Source: Yuukianura sp. NJ FZ-2021
Taxonomy: Eukaryota
NCBI GenBank assembly: GCA_046563655.1
Contig: CM102286.1
Coordinates: forward strand, 7,626,001 to 7,690,000
Length of the DNA: 64,000 nt
Direction: 5' to 3'
Part shown: piece after piece, positions 36,677-51,800 of the stretch
Position numbering within the stretch: the stretch's first letter is position 1
How the letters are laid out: each line of letters begins with the position of its first letter
Notes under the pieces: model-generated
Database searches by the model: none
What the model was told of the DNA's origin: nothing
Seen by the model: only the letters and a program-made list of their open reading frames with translations
Program-made: the position numbers and the translations under genes

Positions 36677-39600
36677 GCAATAAAAATTAAACACGAACAT
36701 ATTATATTCCAACACATAATCAAATTGCGGCAAAATTTTGCCGTTTGGCTTGTCACTTGAAAACGCAGCTTAAATTAAAAGGAACAGTAAGCACCAGCGA
36801 TGTAACACATCGCAGCTTAACTCATATCTCAGTTCCACAAGCTGGACGCCGCGAAATATTCGATTTCCGATACCTTATTCCCGTTTATCGGACACCTACA
36901 CACATTTCTTCAAACTTTGTACTGACACTCACGCTTAGAACGGTTAATAAACCACGCCAACGCAAATCATATTGGAGAAAGTATATGAGAGAAAACAACC
37001 GAGCGTGTTTTCAGCCGAATTCTTAGCCTAGAATAGATTAAAAGAAAACGATTTAACTGAAAATTTGAAAATTTAGTGTTGAGGTAAAACTTGTTAGGCA
37101 TGTGAGTTTTGATTGGTATTCGATTATTGCGTCACAGCGTTTTGGAGAAGACGTAAAATCTCGTCTATACATTTTTAAAAACTGCATATTCTGCTTATGT
37201 TTTCATATTCATACCAATAAAAATATGTGAGTAGAATTCTAAACATATACAAATGTAACAAAATGTAAAGTAAATACAACAAAGGATAGTATGCATGATT
37301 CATCAGCCGTAGAGCAAAATTCGTGAAAATCATACAATTAAAAACGCGTGTCGGCGTGCATCACCTCTACCAGAACTTGTCGTTGAAACATTCGGAAAAA
37401 GTAGAGAAAATTTACCAAAAAGAAATCGCTCGAGAAAAAAAAACCGAAGTGCGTAGCCAAGCCCATACTTTCGTTCCTGTGATCCTTAATTCACATTTAA
37501 ATTGAAAATGCATGAACCAAAACCTAAGGCGGGAGAATCACACGGTTTTCGTTTCACCAGCATTCTCGTGGAATGCTGCCGCATTTCCGTTCTTTGCAAC
37601 GACCACACTAAATTTAAGTTAGGGCTGAAGCCAATTTCAGCCAGAAAAGGCTGGTTCCAATTCCAGTGTCCAATCTAAGCCTGGAGTTAAGTAGACCTGT
37701 CAAAGGATAAAACAGAGTGCCACTACTAGCTGATCTGATCTACTGCTGAAACAGCAGTACTTCCTTCATGTATTGAAATTGCTTCCTCCACCACCACCCT
37801 AGCTTATTACATGACGCCTTCGGAGCTAAAAATAACCCGGAGCATGTGAAACCACATCTTTTTAAAAGTGCATCAATGTGTAAAACATACCCTAACATTC
37901 AAAACTTTAGGTTAGTTTAAATTGCAAGTTCATGACACCAAGAGACGCAGAGAAAGTCATGAAGCAAAACTTTCTCTCCCCCTTCCAAGCTCCAATCTGT
38001 CTCCATTGTTTTTCTCCACTTTTCTACAACGTTAAAAGCCATGTCAGCCTGTGCCTCAGCTTGGATTCCGTTTTCAAACCTAGCCAAGCACTTTCAAAGC
38101 ACGGAACGAATCTAAGGTAAAAGGCAGGGGGAAAGTCCTGGTTGGAAGAGTTCATAAGCTTTCCTTCTCAGAATGGTCTGAATCAGACCCTACCAATGGT
38201 CTGAACATGAAACTCCAGCTAAGGCCTGTCTGCAGCAGCTGAATCCAGCAGGAGCAGGGTCTACCTACCACTGGATCCAGCAACGTAGGGGAGATTCAGC
38301 CTAGGTTTATTCCAGCGTTCGTCGTCGACAGTTGCTAAGGATAAAAACAGGGAGGACAGGCACCACTTCGCTCAAGAGATGAAACTGAAGATGCGAGTCT
38401 GAGAACAAAGAAGATGAGATGACTTGGAGTAAAAAAAGACCAGTCTAGGCCCTGTCCCTGCTACTTCTAGCTCAAAAGCGTTAAGGTTAGACCTAACTTT
38501 TCTTGCCTTGGCATTGATTCAGTTGAATTTGGGCCGAAGAAGATGACGGCGTACCCCAACCCCAGAGACCAACCATGTCCACAACACGTATCTTCTGCAG
38601 CAGATTCCAACTTCTTACGGAACAGGAAGGAAGTATCTTTGTTTTCTCCAAGTCCACTAAAGCGATGATTCAGGATCTTCAAATGATTCGTATGATTTCC
38701 ACCACCACGGTTCGACGACTTGGAAGTCCAAAGTATCCACAGAGGCTTAAACCTAAAAAGTTCTAATTACAACTAGGATGTAGTAATCTTCTATAAACAA
38801 TTTGTACAGACAGGCGGAAGCAGCCTCCACTTCCACTCAACTTATCCAACCACTCTCCTGAGATCAACTGAACAACAGACTCCCGATTCCCACATCCTAC
38901 AAAGAGTGTAGGCCTGGAAGGGCTCTGTGGGTCACAACTGCAGCCTGCAGTCGACCAGAACTCTGTTCAATGTTTCTCAAAACCACCCTGCCTACAGATC
39001 TACTGTTCCCGAACTCTCCTGGACGGAGACCTGCGCACTACAGTAACTTTGCGCATGGTAACTCCAACAATGTACGTCCTACGGACCTGGGAACAACTAA
39101 AAGTCATTGTACGTCGGAATGTGATCCACGGTAACTGCCCTTGGACGTTAAGCAGTTCAGAAATACCCGTCCATGAGTGTCATGTTACTCAAAAAGTACC
39201 CTGCCTGGAAACAACCCCTTCCAAAATCCCAAGGGCCCTTGGCTTTTCGTTCAAATCGCTCTCTCATCTTCCTTCACCCTCCTCCCAAATGAAAATGGAC
39301 CACATTTCATCTGTTTTCGTCAGGCTTATAACAGCTAACAGCACGGACCCATCTGAGTTTGAACTTATGCCTTTCCAACTGCATCTTCTTAGTCTGAATT
39401 CTAAAAACTTAAAAGAAATCACCTTGTCAAAATCATTCAAAGAACAAAGAGCGGATTTACTGGAACAACACCTCAGCAAGTGAAAAATTTTTTCATAACA
39501 GCTGGAAGGTGGAAGATGTTAAAACTTCGACTCTTACGTAAGTAGAAGTTGAAGCAATTTACGATTTGCGAGTACTTCAGATTACTTTTTTGCATCCTTG

Positions 39601-42600
39601 CGAAAAATGCACATTTTTGTCAATTTACAAACTTCCTTTGTCACTTTTTTCGAGTACAAAAAGAAGACAAAGAAACGAAGTTAACTGAAACAACCTCCAC
39701 CTACCGGCGTCATTTCAGAATTCAGAAACATAAGAATCAAATGCTACATCAACTATTACTAAACTTATAACATAAAGGATGCACTTTGCAAAAAAAAATC
39801 GCGTAACCTTTTTCCAAAAATTCGCAAATCTCATCAATTTGAGACAAGTTTGATCGAACCACGCCACATTGATTTTGATCTGGTTTGGTTTCATGCACGT
39901 CAACTTAATATGCTAGGTTATACGATCGTAACTTTTTGTCGCTGTGGTTGCAGGCTAGTTTATAACACTTAAGAACAATGGAATCATTACGATTCGGATA
40001 ACAACTGGAACAAAGAGTAGTCTAATGTTTGCAATTAACAAAGTTAATTTGAAATTTGACAGACTACTTGTAACTTTACTCCACTTGTCCGCATGCCAAA
40101 ACGTGTCATAAAACGTCTTCACCCGATATGTGAAGTTAAAGGAAGAAAACAAATAAAAGTAAATAGACAAATACAATAGACTTTGCTATCAAAAATTTGA
40201 GACATGCTATCAAAAATTTTGAGATGACAAACATTTTCGTAAAGTGTCAGATTATTATTTGTTTTTTACCACCATTCGTAGACCAAGTCGCATTAGGCCA
40301 TATTCCATTTCGAATGAATTTGTCGTCTTTGTTGTCTTCTGTATCCCATATCTTCTTCGCCGTCAACTATTGAAACAAAAAACGAAAAAATTCAGTAAAT
40401 TGTTTAACCTTAGTTTCTATTTCATGACGTTACGTGAATCACGTTGCACACAAGTCTTTAGAACTTGATGAGTGAGAGGGCATCAACAGTAGTAATTGGA
40501 CAGAAATTGAAGATGACAAGTTTGTATTTACATTTTGAGAGATAGGAGAAGAAGTTACTGGATTCAGCAGAAAATGCTTAGTTTGATATTTGGACTTGGA
40601 ATAAACAACCAAAAACGAATCTAATCACTGCCTCCATAATGGAGTCCATTCACTCCATCTTTCTTTTCATTATTTTCAAAAAAGTATAAGAATAAGAGTA
40701 AACATGTGGATGCGGTAACTGAAAGTACATAAACATCCAGAAAATCGAAAACTCTTTCCGGACTTTGCTTAGCAACATCATCGTCATCGAACACACAAAA
40801 AGAAAGGTTTCTTCAAGCGGTAAACTTGAAAAATACCATTTTCAATTCGATCGATGAAAACCTAACATGAGAAAGTGCCAGTTCCCTGCAAACTGCATTA
40901 CGAGATTATTATGATCGAAAATTCGCAACCTTAAGCTACGACATCCAAAGATGATCAAGTTTCTGCTAAAAACAGAAGGAAAAGTAACTTTTGACTTAAA
41001 AGTTCGATTTAAACAACAACATACATTGGAGGATGGATGCTATTGACTAAACATAAATGAGTAATAACAAGGCAGGTAAATTGTAAGTAGGAAATGTAAG
41101 CATGAAATCAAAGAAATACTTTTTCTAGATTACTACAATTTCAAACGAGACAACTTTCATACATTTTCCGAAATACGTAATTTGTTTAACATGATTCTTG
41201 TGTAAGGTTTGTGAGGCTTACATTACTGAATCATTCTGACTTGAATGAACTAAAAATGTAGTCAAGTAAATTTTCTAAAATTAAAATCTTTTCAAAAATG
41301 TTAATGCGTCCCTTGAAATGTGACCAACATAAGGCTACCAGATTTTGTACCAAGCTTTACATAGTAGTTTGTTACAAAGTTGTAACTTTTACAACGAAGT
41401 TTCAAAAGAGATCGAGAAAAGCAGGCATGAAGGGTCCTTGCCCTTCATGGCCTTGGACCAACCAGCTTCATGTAAGCCTGCTCCCTTGATCTTCTGCATT
41501 TACTTTATCTTGGGCCTCAGTTGCTCTTCCAGCATTCAGCGTAGTATGATGAATTCAAGTTGCAACTTTTCATGTTATGTCTCTCTCTTTTAATGTGTAA
41601 AAGTTATGTTTGCAAAAATATCACATGGAAATGATAGTGATTGGCTCTGGATGCGAAAATGATAAGTTATGAAGAAAAGGACATTGCTTACTTGAGCAGT
41701 TACTCTATAATTTTAACATTGTGGTGCTACTCTGCACCTTACTAACCTTGGTTCCGGCCAATGCTTTCTGTGTCCTATGACAACGACTCTCTACGATGTT
41801 CATAAAAAACTATCTCACATTGACTTTTACGTAACGCACGGAAAATACATGGAGAGAAAAGACAAAGAAGAGCGTATCACCTGCCCGCCACTGCAGCGTA
41901 TGACTAATTTTCTGAATTAGCCGATGATGAGCACTAACAACGTTAAGTCCCATGACATGCCTACCAGTGACATAACATGCCGAAACTTCAACTAAAGTAT
42001 CGATTACCTAACGTAGGAAAACGTATAAGAGTGAAAATAAGTAAGTAAATGCCAAATCCATACCACATCAGATGTTAGTTCCTTCATTGTTCAGTTTCCT
42101 TTGCGTGGACAAACACAGTTGAAGCACACTTACTTTATATGTATAAAACGGTATTACAAAAGTTGAATTAAGTGATTTACAGGTTGATTTACACTGGAAA
42201 AGGAACAAATAGTACAGGGAAAGTACACAAAGGGGCAGTCAATTGTACAGGATCCGACTGAAGCCGGGGACGCTAACCTAGAAGACTAAAACCAGCCTCG
42301 TCTTCCTTCTTTTCTGCCTCTCTTCTGATATTTTTACTTCATTTCTCCACTCACTCTGTGGACTTCTTGCCGAACAAAAAGTCCAAACTTGTCTGATGGT
42401 TTTCGCTCCAAGAAACCAAATGCTACAATTCCCCCTTGCTTTAGCAGCTAAAGGTCCATGCTCCAAGTCTTTACGTGATGCCAGCCAACAACGTATAGGT
42501 TTCCCCCCTGACGACGCTCCTAAACTTCAACACAAACATCTCCACGCATACCAGTTTCCAGGCTACGCATTTCAGCTCCTAAAACCAAAATTTCAATAAT

Positions 42601-42985
42601 CAGCCTTCCAAACTCCAAAAATGGAAAAAAAATGGCAAGTTTTTGATGACGGACACTCCTGCTCTAACAGATTTGTGTTGACGCATGCCTCACATGAAAT
42701 GCAAGGGCAAAAGAAACTAGAATTTCACGACGTTTTGGTATTCACTGACTAAATATCGCTTAAAGCGATTCACTTTGGAGAATTAGAAAAAAAAGGTGGA
42801 TATGTACTTGCACCGAAAATTATCAAAACCTGACCTAATGTGTTCTGAACGGCAATAACTTTGTGTCAAATGACAATCTTCGTTAGTAAGCATAGTATTA
42901 TCTATGGATGGAATAGAAAAATGATTCCGGGAATAAACAACATTGCGGAGATATTTTTGTGACTTTACTATCGTACGTCGCAGGC

Positions 42986-45174
42986 TTAAGACATTTGTAG
43001 ACTCTGGTGCGAACTGGAGGACGTGAGGCGAAGTGGATTCGACACTCGGAATACATTGGGCAGCATTTCTGCCAATCGATTAAAAACTTCTTCCGAGATA
43101 TCCTGCAAATTAAAGAAGTTGGCAATTTTACATTCAGAGTACGTTGATATAATTGAGTCATCTAAAAGCTGCTAACAAACACGAGGTAGGGCGAGAGAGA
43201 TGATGTGTCATTTGCGAAAGTGAATAATTACCTTCGGGGCTAAAAACTGTAAATTTTTCATGTCTGCACCGCCCCATGATGTCATCTCAATCATGAACCC
43301 CTTCACACACTTGTACACAAGTTCGGCTCTCCGACTGCACCACTGGACTGTCATGAACTGGAATTAACAAGAGTGGACAGATCAATATTCACAGCAATTT
43401 TTGTTTCGGGAAGAATTTTAGACTTACGTCGGACATTTCATGAGCAAGTAACGCTGGAATTGTAATAGTTGTTACATCATGGAGACAACACATCTTCAAG
43501 ATGTTTCTCAGTCCAAGTATTACTGGATCTCTGGAATTGATCTCCACTGAATGAAAAAAAAAGTTTCTAAACGCTCATTCTCACATAACTAGCCACGCAC
43601 TGGTATTTTTTAGTTGCTTACGTTTAGAAAGCGCCTGGAAATCTACGACAAGGTGAAAAATGACGTGAGCACCATTTAGATTGGAATGTTTTGTGATGTA
43701 GAAATCTCCAGGTTTTGAATTGGTCGGACGTGATTCAAGTTGGGTCTCGACATTGTCAAAATGAAATTCGGTTGTCTGCTGACAGAGTTGAATCAGATCT
43801 GAAAAGAAACAAAAAATACTAAACTTTCCGTATCGACAATGCTAATGAAAAACACAAATGTGTAAAGTGATTCGGAATTTGTCTTTGCTAAGCACCTTTG
43901 GTAATGCCCGTGTACAGCGAAGTTCCAGCTTCCACTAATTGTACAACTCCAGAAAGATCGGAGGAATACAAGGAGATTGCAGTTTGAAGTCTCTGTGGAC
44001 TTATTTCTCGGGACGTTTCGTTTTTGAATCGGAGGAAATCGATTGGATGACAGGAAAGCAACCGAATGTTATACATTTGCTTCATCTGAGATCCAAGATG
44101 AATCGTGAAACTCTCTTGTAGAATATTCTCTTCTCGACTGTGACTTCTGAGTTCATCTTCGTCGCCGTAGCTGATCATCAGTGAATCGTCAAATCTCACG
44201 GAGAGCTTTTTCTTCATCTTACGATCAGTGCCAGTTTGAGTGTCATCTTGTAAAAAGTATTCTTCATAGGTAGCAAGTATCCATTCCTGGAATTCCCGCT
44301 TTTGTTTTGCATTTTCGTTTTCGATCAAGCTCTCACATCGAGTCCTCACGAGATGGATGTCATCAAAATGAGCGGCTGCTAACGAATTGACATCCCTCGT
44401 AGCAGTCGTATTGTCGCCTTGACTAACCGTTGCGATTGCGCTTGTCATTTCTTTGGTTTGCCTGTAAAAAGGTATTATTGTAAAACTTAGAAATCCTTGT
44501 CGTGCGGTTTTAAGTTACACGACATTACTTTTCTGTCAGTAAAGCCAATTGCTGGTATTTCATCCGGTGCATTTCACGTATCGTAGAATTCATCGCACTT
44601 TCCTTTCGAAGGACTGCGCCTAACATTGGAGAGTGGACTAGGGCATGATAGGCTTCCGCGAGTACTTCGCTGTCGCCAACGATTTGTGGAGAACTGTATT
44701 GCAAAGTCTCCTGAAATTAAGAAAACCAATGAAGACTTTCTTCTGTAGCTAAAGCTAATTAGTTAATTAGAATCGTTCGTTAACAGACCTCCGTGTACGC
44801 TTTTGTCCATGCTGCAATCCTCTCTTCTATCTTGTCCGGATCAATCTTCGCAGTGACGGAATTTATCCGAGCCTTATAGTTGCCACTTTTGACGAATTCG
44901 GTAAGCTTCGTCGTGATCTCTGCTTTGAAAAAAAATCCTTGAGATTCAATCAAAAAAAGTTGTTATAGTTTTCCAAAAGCACATAACATAACTGACCTTC
45001 CTCCACAAATATTGGGAGCTTGAAGGACGTAATTATCAGTTGTACAAATTCCTGAATTCCGTTTTCAGGAAACGGAAGTTTGAGGGGAGTTTCAATTTTG
45101 TAGCATTTGTCTCGAATCTTCAATTCAATTTCGAAGATTGCGTCTTCTGAATAATCCTGCAGTGTTGTGTCCAT
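42986..45174 (-). CDS. FERRY3: C12orf4 / FERRY3 homolog
   Basis: [81 protein letters not shown] and the C-terminal [14 protein letters not shown]. Confidence 0.93.
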
Positions 45175-45584
45175 TGTTACATGAAGAACCTGCAGCTTCC
45201 CGTCGCTTTGAGCGTCTTAGATACAATGACCTAGAGGTGACCTTGAACTACATCAGTCAGCACAAGACGGGGAGGTCAAAACTGCAGCAGCTGAAAAAAA
45301 ACAGAATGAGCAAAACGCTATATAAAGTGCGGTGCACAACTCTGACTCAATTTCTGTTTTGACTTGGAATTGGAAAAATTGAAATAAAAATAGCACTGGA
45401 GATTTTGCATTGGCCTCTTAAAATTTTAAAACGTTTTCTACGTCTACTTTACATACTGGTTCCAGTATCAGTGCAGAAAGTATTTTCATAAGTTTAAGAA
45501 TAAAAAGTTACTTTTTAAATAATTATTATTATAATCGCCCCTGTCCTCGTGTCGTGTCCTCGACTCGGCAAAACACCAACGAAA

Positions 45585-45680
45585 CTTACCTAGGTCTGGT
45601 CTGACGATTGATTATCGATTAACCTGGTTCTTGTTGGATTGTCTGGTTCGGGCACTTTTTTCGACAGTCAGGGTAAGCAA
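45585..45680. promoter_or_regulatory. Putative compact bidirectional promoter for FERRY3 and TRMT61A
   Basis: A minus-strand donor AG|GTAAGT at 45590/45589 and a plus-strand donor G|GTAAGC at 45673 flank a DRE-like TATCGATT at 45613-45620. Confidence 0.45.
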
Positions 45681-46203
45681 GCGAAAATCTTAGCTAGTTC
45701 AAAACGTTTTTTCCTCGCCGAATGTAAGAAATTGGCTTGATTCTGATTGATTTTGAATTTAATCTTTGATTTTTATGATTTTGCCATTTTGGCGCTGCGA
45801 AATTCAAAATGTTCATTAGGGTCCTGCGCCTCCAAGAGAGAACAACTTAGATTTTAAATTTTGTAACTTTATACATCTTTGACAATCGGAGAACTCTACA
45901 GCTGGAAGTACGGAGTTTAGTAACTTAAAATGGCGGCGTACTTGGCAAAATTGGTAGAATTATCGCTGATGTTGTCTACTACACCGTGCAACACAGGAGA
46001 AATTACCCTCTATTTTTTGTCCCTTTGTATGGCAGATTTATGATTGTGAGCTTCCACTAGGATGCCCACAGAGGGCACGACATTGTCGAGGCGTCCCTTG
46101 GAAATAAAATTTTGAAAATTCAGATTGTTTTAGAAATCTTAATTTTTCAGGTCTCGTTGTTATTACTTGTGCACTAAAACTAACTGTTTCTAATTTTAGG
46201 AAT

Positions 46204-48860
46204 ATGAGTTTTGTGAAGAACAAGGCCATTGTAGAAGAAGGGGACAGGATCATCTTGTTCCTGTCAATGAATTCAATTCATGCACTCGAAGTCGTTCCTG
46301 GTATGACCGGAAAACATGGACATCAAGTTGAAAATATGTTTCAGTCTTCGTACGGAGCACTTCGGGTAATGGATTTGGTGGGTCAAAAGTACGGAACCAA
46401 AGTTAACCTGTCCAAGGGCTACGGGTACCTTCTCCATCCAACCTGCGAACTTTGGACGAAAGCTATGCCTCATCGGACACAAATCATTTACACCCCGGAC
46501 ATCAGTATGATCCTGCTTGGTTTAGATTTGAAACCAGGATGTGTTGTTTATGAAGCCGGTGGGTGTGTTAGCAGTGTGAACACTTTGCTTCTAATGAAAA
46601 CGCTAAAGATTTATGGAAACCAGTATCAATTTTGTATTAACAACTAATTAGTGATTTACTTGTTTTTGCCTAGGTACTGGAAGTGGTTCCTTGGCTCATG
46701 CCATAGTCCGAGCTGTCCAACCCAGTGGTCATCTCTATACTTTTGACTTTCATGAACAAAGAGTCAAGCTTGCTCGTGATGATTTTGAAGTAAGCGAAAC
46801 TCAATTATTAAGTTACATAAAAAGTGATTTATGATCTAAATTTCGTGCACTATATCATTTCATCTTGGGTGTAAGGCACTAAATTGCGAAAACAATACCG
46901 ATTTGATAAGCACTCTTGACTTATGAAACAAATATAAATAATGTTAATAACATAGATGGGACCAAAAAAAGAAGCTTTGCAGGAAGTCCACTTTCAGTTA
47001 AACTATACATGCGATGGTGCTGCAATTCATAACGATTAGGTTTCGCTGAAATGAATATTTATTTAACATTTTTAACATTTTTCTTAACAATTTCAGAAAC
47101 ACGGGGTAAGCCAGTGGGTGTCTATCGAGCACAGAGATGTTATTTCAGACGGATTCCCAAAACCTGAAAAAGTTGATGCCATTTTCTTGGATTTACCGAA
47201 TCCTTGGGAAGTCGTTGCCCATGTAGTACGCTCGCTAAAAAGAGGTAACGCAGTATAACGTTTACCGAATGTCTAATATTTGGCATACAATGCCAAAAAG
47301 TAGTTTATAATTTTATGTTTAGTATAAATTAATATATTTGACTTCCAATTATGATTTGAGAAAGCTGGAAGTGTTTGTTGTTGAATATTTGCAGAATTCG
47401 AAACTGTTGAAGTTAACAAAAAATTGAAAGAAGCTGGTACAGTGTTTATGAATTCAATCAACTGAAATTACATGAATTATACTTAAAATGAAGGAGTGCA
47501 TTAAAATACATTCTTCGTTTTTCTTAACATTTTGATTTTTGAGCTAGATAGGGGGAAAGCATTAGTCCTTACCACAAATTATGACTCATTGTTCCTAAAC
47601 CACTATTGTTGTTGCCACTGACGACCAAGGAAAAGCTTTTCCGCTCCCTAAAAACGTACAATTCAAATCCGAAATTGCATCTTGTCCCAGATTCCTATCA
47701 CCACTTATAGCCCGTCCCTCTGTCAAGGGCTTTACAACAACTTCCTCCCTTTCAGATTCGCTTCGGTGGTTACTAAAACCATCATTAGGGTATTTCAACA
47801 ACGCTTTAGTGCACTAACAAATTATTAATTCTTCAATGTTTTTGTTCAATTATTTATAATTTATCATGTCGAGCTCTTGTTTTTAAGTTTTTGATCTGAT
47901 CATTGTTAGGCTAGTTTACAGAGCAACCTGGAACAGACAGGCGCACCACTTACATAATTTTAGTAGAAGGTAAAAGGTTACGTTACTTAAGGCTACTTTT
48001 ACTCCAAATTTGTCGAATAATTTGGAGCCTTTTCACACATTCAATTTATTACTACGATCCCTTCCGGCTAATACTATACTCTGCTAAAGTGCTTCTTTTA
48101 GCGTCTTTTAACTTCTGGAGCCACATGAAAGTCATATTTATTTCAGTGCTACCTTTAGAATCATTTTAGTTTGTAAAAAACATAGTTTTGTACAAAATGT
48201 GAACTTATAACGCGTTTCGGGAGCGAAGACAGATTTTTTTTTAAATTTTTGGTGAAAAGATTGATAGATGTAATGATTTGGGTAATTTTGTTTTGCTCAA
48301 AAACTTTCTGGAACTGAGAAAAGGCAGACGTGACATATTTTTTGTCTTTACATACCAAATTTATTTTTTGTGGTAGGAAATCTAGACGTTGGTTTGAGAC
48401 TTTCACGAAAGAAAAATTCAGACAGACAATGCTTTTAATTTGCATACGTTTAAAAATATTTCCCACTACATTTTGTACCTTTGTTTCCATTAGAGAAAAT
48501 CATTTTGCAATTTTTATGACGCGAGTTTTCCTTCGTTTTACAGGCGGGAAGCTTTGTACTTTCTCTCCATGCATTGAACAAGTGCAAAAAACTTGCGAAG
48601 CGTTGAAGAAAACTCGTGCCTTTGTGAGCATTTCAACAGAAGAGGTTCTACAGCGTCCGTATTCAGTACAGACTAAAACTCTGAATTCAATTGACTTTAC
48701 CAAAATTGAACACGTCAAAGGAGTCAATCTGGAACCTGTAAATCGAAATCCAACCAAGTTCCGTACATTTATTCCGCCAGTTCAGATTCCAGGTCACACT
48801 GGATACCTCACGTTTGCAACGTTTGTGGCACTTCCAGAACCTGCTGAAGATGGACAATAA
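46204..48860 (+). CDS. TRMT61A: tRNA (adenine-58-N1)-methyltransferase catalytic subunit
   Basis: LWTKAMPHRTQIIYTPDIS, EAGTGSGSL, YTFDFHEQR, DAIFLDLPNPW, CTFSPCIEQVQK and GHTGYLTFA. Exons ~46204-46558, 46673-46788, 47097-47244 and 48544-48860. Confidence 0.97.
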
Positions 48861-51800
48861 AATTTACTGTCCATCTTCATAAAAATTAATTTTCTATTAG
48901 ATCATTTTCCTTCAAATACAGAATTTTCTAGCAGCGTTTATTTCTGTAATATTTTTAAAATTGTCCTAAAATCTAATTAAAGCTAAACTTGTATCCACTT
49001 ACATCAAAAGCACTTGATTCGTTTTGACTTTAACAAAAACTAACAAAAGCAATTTAAAATATTATCATATTTTTACAACTAGAGAATCTTTCAACATTTC
49101 ATACACAAAATATTTGTAGTAATGTGGCAACAATAAATAGAAAAAATAACAATGTAGCTTATGCAAAACCTAAATTTGCATTGCTGTTGTTCAGCGCACG
49201 TGAAGTAAAACGAATTTCTATTTTCCCTAGTTACTTTAAACTATCAATCATTGTACAGAGACGCGATTTTGCAAAACATTAACCAAAATTGACTTAATTT
49301 GCCTAACTTTTGGACATTCGTTGAAAATTTCCCAAACTTTTATAGTGGCACATTGCACATAGTTATTGTTATGAGAAGGACGGAAATAGGGATGATTGTT
49401 GTAAAAGTAATTGTAATTACATTGAAAAAATTGGTAATTGTAGTTCATTCAGGAGGTTGTTTTCCATTTTACTATAGTTACTGTATAAAGCTTTTGGCAG
49501 AAAAAGTAATTGTCCCAAATCATTTATCATCACATGAGTTGATGCATTGTTATTTTTTCCAAGGAAGAATTAAGTAGTCACCACAATTATATCCCCATTT
49601 ATCCTTGGAAGATGAGCATGAATGAGTAGGATCTCTACTATCGCAGACGGATCTCCTGCTCAAATGATGTTTAAATGTTAATCTGCGTTGTTAGGTTACG
49701 TTTACGTTATGTTTTTTCAGAAGTAAGACATGCCAAGCCTCTTGGACCGTTTACACTTTTGTGGAAAGACGGGATGTCCTCTTCACTAAAACCTAAAAAA
49801 GAGAAGCCAATTTATGACCTGACTCTTCTAGCTGATTGGGCTCATGGGAGTGTCAATTAAATTATGGTTAAAGTAACTGCTGTGAGAAGCATTATAATTT
49901 GGAAGCCATTTTAGCCTAGGTGTTTAGCACTTGAGCAACCAGAGGTCACTCTGTTGTAGCCCAAGGAAATAATTAGTATTTGCGAAAAAACGATAGAAAA
50001 CTAGCACTCGAATTTTTGGGAGCAACACAATTTTTTTTTACAAATTTTTTGGGAGAGGCTCAATGAGGTAATGATAGGCTCAGAAATCTTGGAATAATCA
50101 ACAAAATTTTAAATTATGCTGCAGCACTGAAGCATAATTTCCAGAAGTCTTTTTCTACGTCTTGTTTTTAAAAGCTGGTGTTAAAATTTAGATTTTTTGT
50201 AACTTTGGGACTGAGAAAGGGAATTAATTCACATAGGATTATGTCACCTCACACTGCTGTGAGAAACGATTTATCATTGGATGAAAAGATCATTACTAAA
50301 AAGAAAGCGTCACTTGGAAGATGAGTCTTGTGATGTTAGGGAAGGAGAGCGTAGCCTATGATTATTTGATTACTAATTTATTGTTGTAGCTCATCGATTT
50401 ATTTGGTTTTGATGTTTTTCGTTTCCATTGACCAAAATCATCATCATTATGGGCGGTTGAGCACGAAATGGGAAGATAATAGTGCGCAAGAGCTCAAACA
50501 ACTTTTGAAAATGTACCGCCGTCGTCTTGCGATGGAGGCCTTGACAGATTTCGTTCTGCGGTTCGTGTACTTGTCATTCCTTTAATTTTCTAATGGGATG
50601 CTGGATGAGATCCATTGTTGGTGACTTAAAAAAGTCGGTTACGTATATTGTCAAAGTGTGATGTAATTATATGCTGGGAAACAGGAAAATATGTAACTTG
50701 TCGTTTAGTTCTTACAAAAGTTTTGAAACGATTTCTGGCTTTGTCATGTGATGTTGGTGTTGAATTTGATGGTGAGTATTGATGAAAGTAGAAACCAAAT
50801 TTCATAAAGTCTCCCATTTGACTGGTCTTTCTTCTGTTTCTGAAAAAGTAAAAAAAAATTGTCAGAATGTTCCAAAATTCCGACGATTTTCCAAAGTTTC
50901 GATTTCTAACTTAAGTTGTATTACATAACATCGTAGTCTTTCTTTTTCAGTATAATTCTACTTCCTATTTTGCGCCTTTTTGCTTACGTGCCAATTTCCA
51001 ACTTCAGCAGTGTTCGTTTCTTTAAACAAAATTTTAGCGGGCCTTGAGACGTATTCTGCACTTTTAGTATTAAAATGTCGTGAAAGCGTGTTAAAATGAA
51101 CTTTATTCTAAAACACTGGAGCTAAATCTCTCGTTTAGCTTGAATTTATCACCGACTGAGCCAAGTACTTTGACCTGGCGTTCAGATCCTACTTAAGATA
51201 ACATTTTCATCCGGTAAATCACGGGAAAGGAGGAATATTTAGCAAGAGCAGAATGAAGCCAAAAGCATCCCTTATCCAGAGAGTGATCTTGAAACAATGG
51301 GCGCATAGAGTTATTATTTATGTGAATCCGAGAGTTCCCAGGGTGGTTGGGCGTTTGTTGGGGTGATGAACCGGACGTTTGGATTTGGTTAAGGGCCCAA
51401 GGAGCCCCTCAGTGTACCTTGTTCCAGGCATTTAGAGATAATTAATCTTTGGTTGAGGATTCTTCTAGTTTTTGTAGGCCGTCGCCTCCTATCAGAACGG
51501 GAAGAAATTGATGTACAAAGTGGAAAAGTGGGTGGAGATCTTGAGAGTGAGGATGAATCTTTTATCATTAAGGAAGAGGGAAGATGAGGTAGACGCTGGA
51601 TGTTGAGCTTGGTGCTGGAATGTAGACCGTGGGAACGACTCCCAGTTCACTTGCTTTCGGATAATTTTTAATCTTGGAGCAAGGCGCTAGTCCGGTAAAG
51701 GAGCTTTTGGATGAAGGGTACCTTCAAGTGCTCAGGTTGAACGTACGCGAACTGGCGTTTTCAAGGGGTATTTTAGAAGTGGAATCGATGGGTTTCGCCC

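Noticed and set aside
41924..41985. C/D box snoRNA (ATGATGA box C)
   Set aside because: No clear CTGA D box or terminal stem, and it lies antisense to the presumed host transcript.
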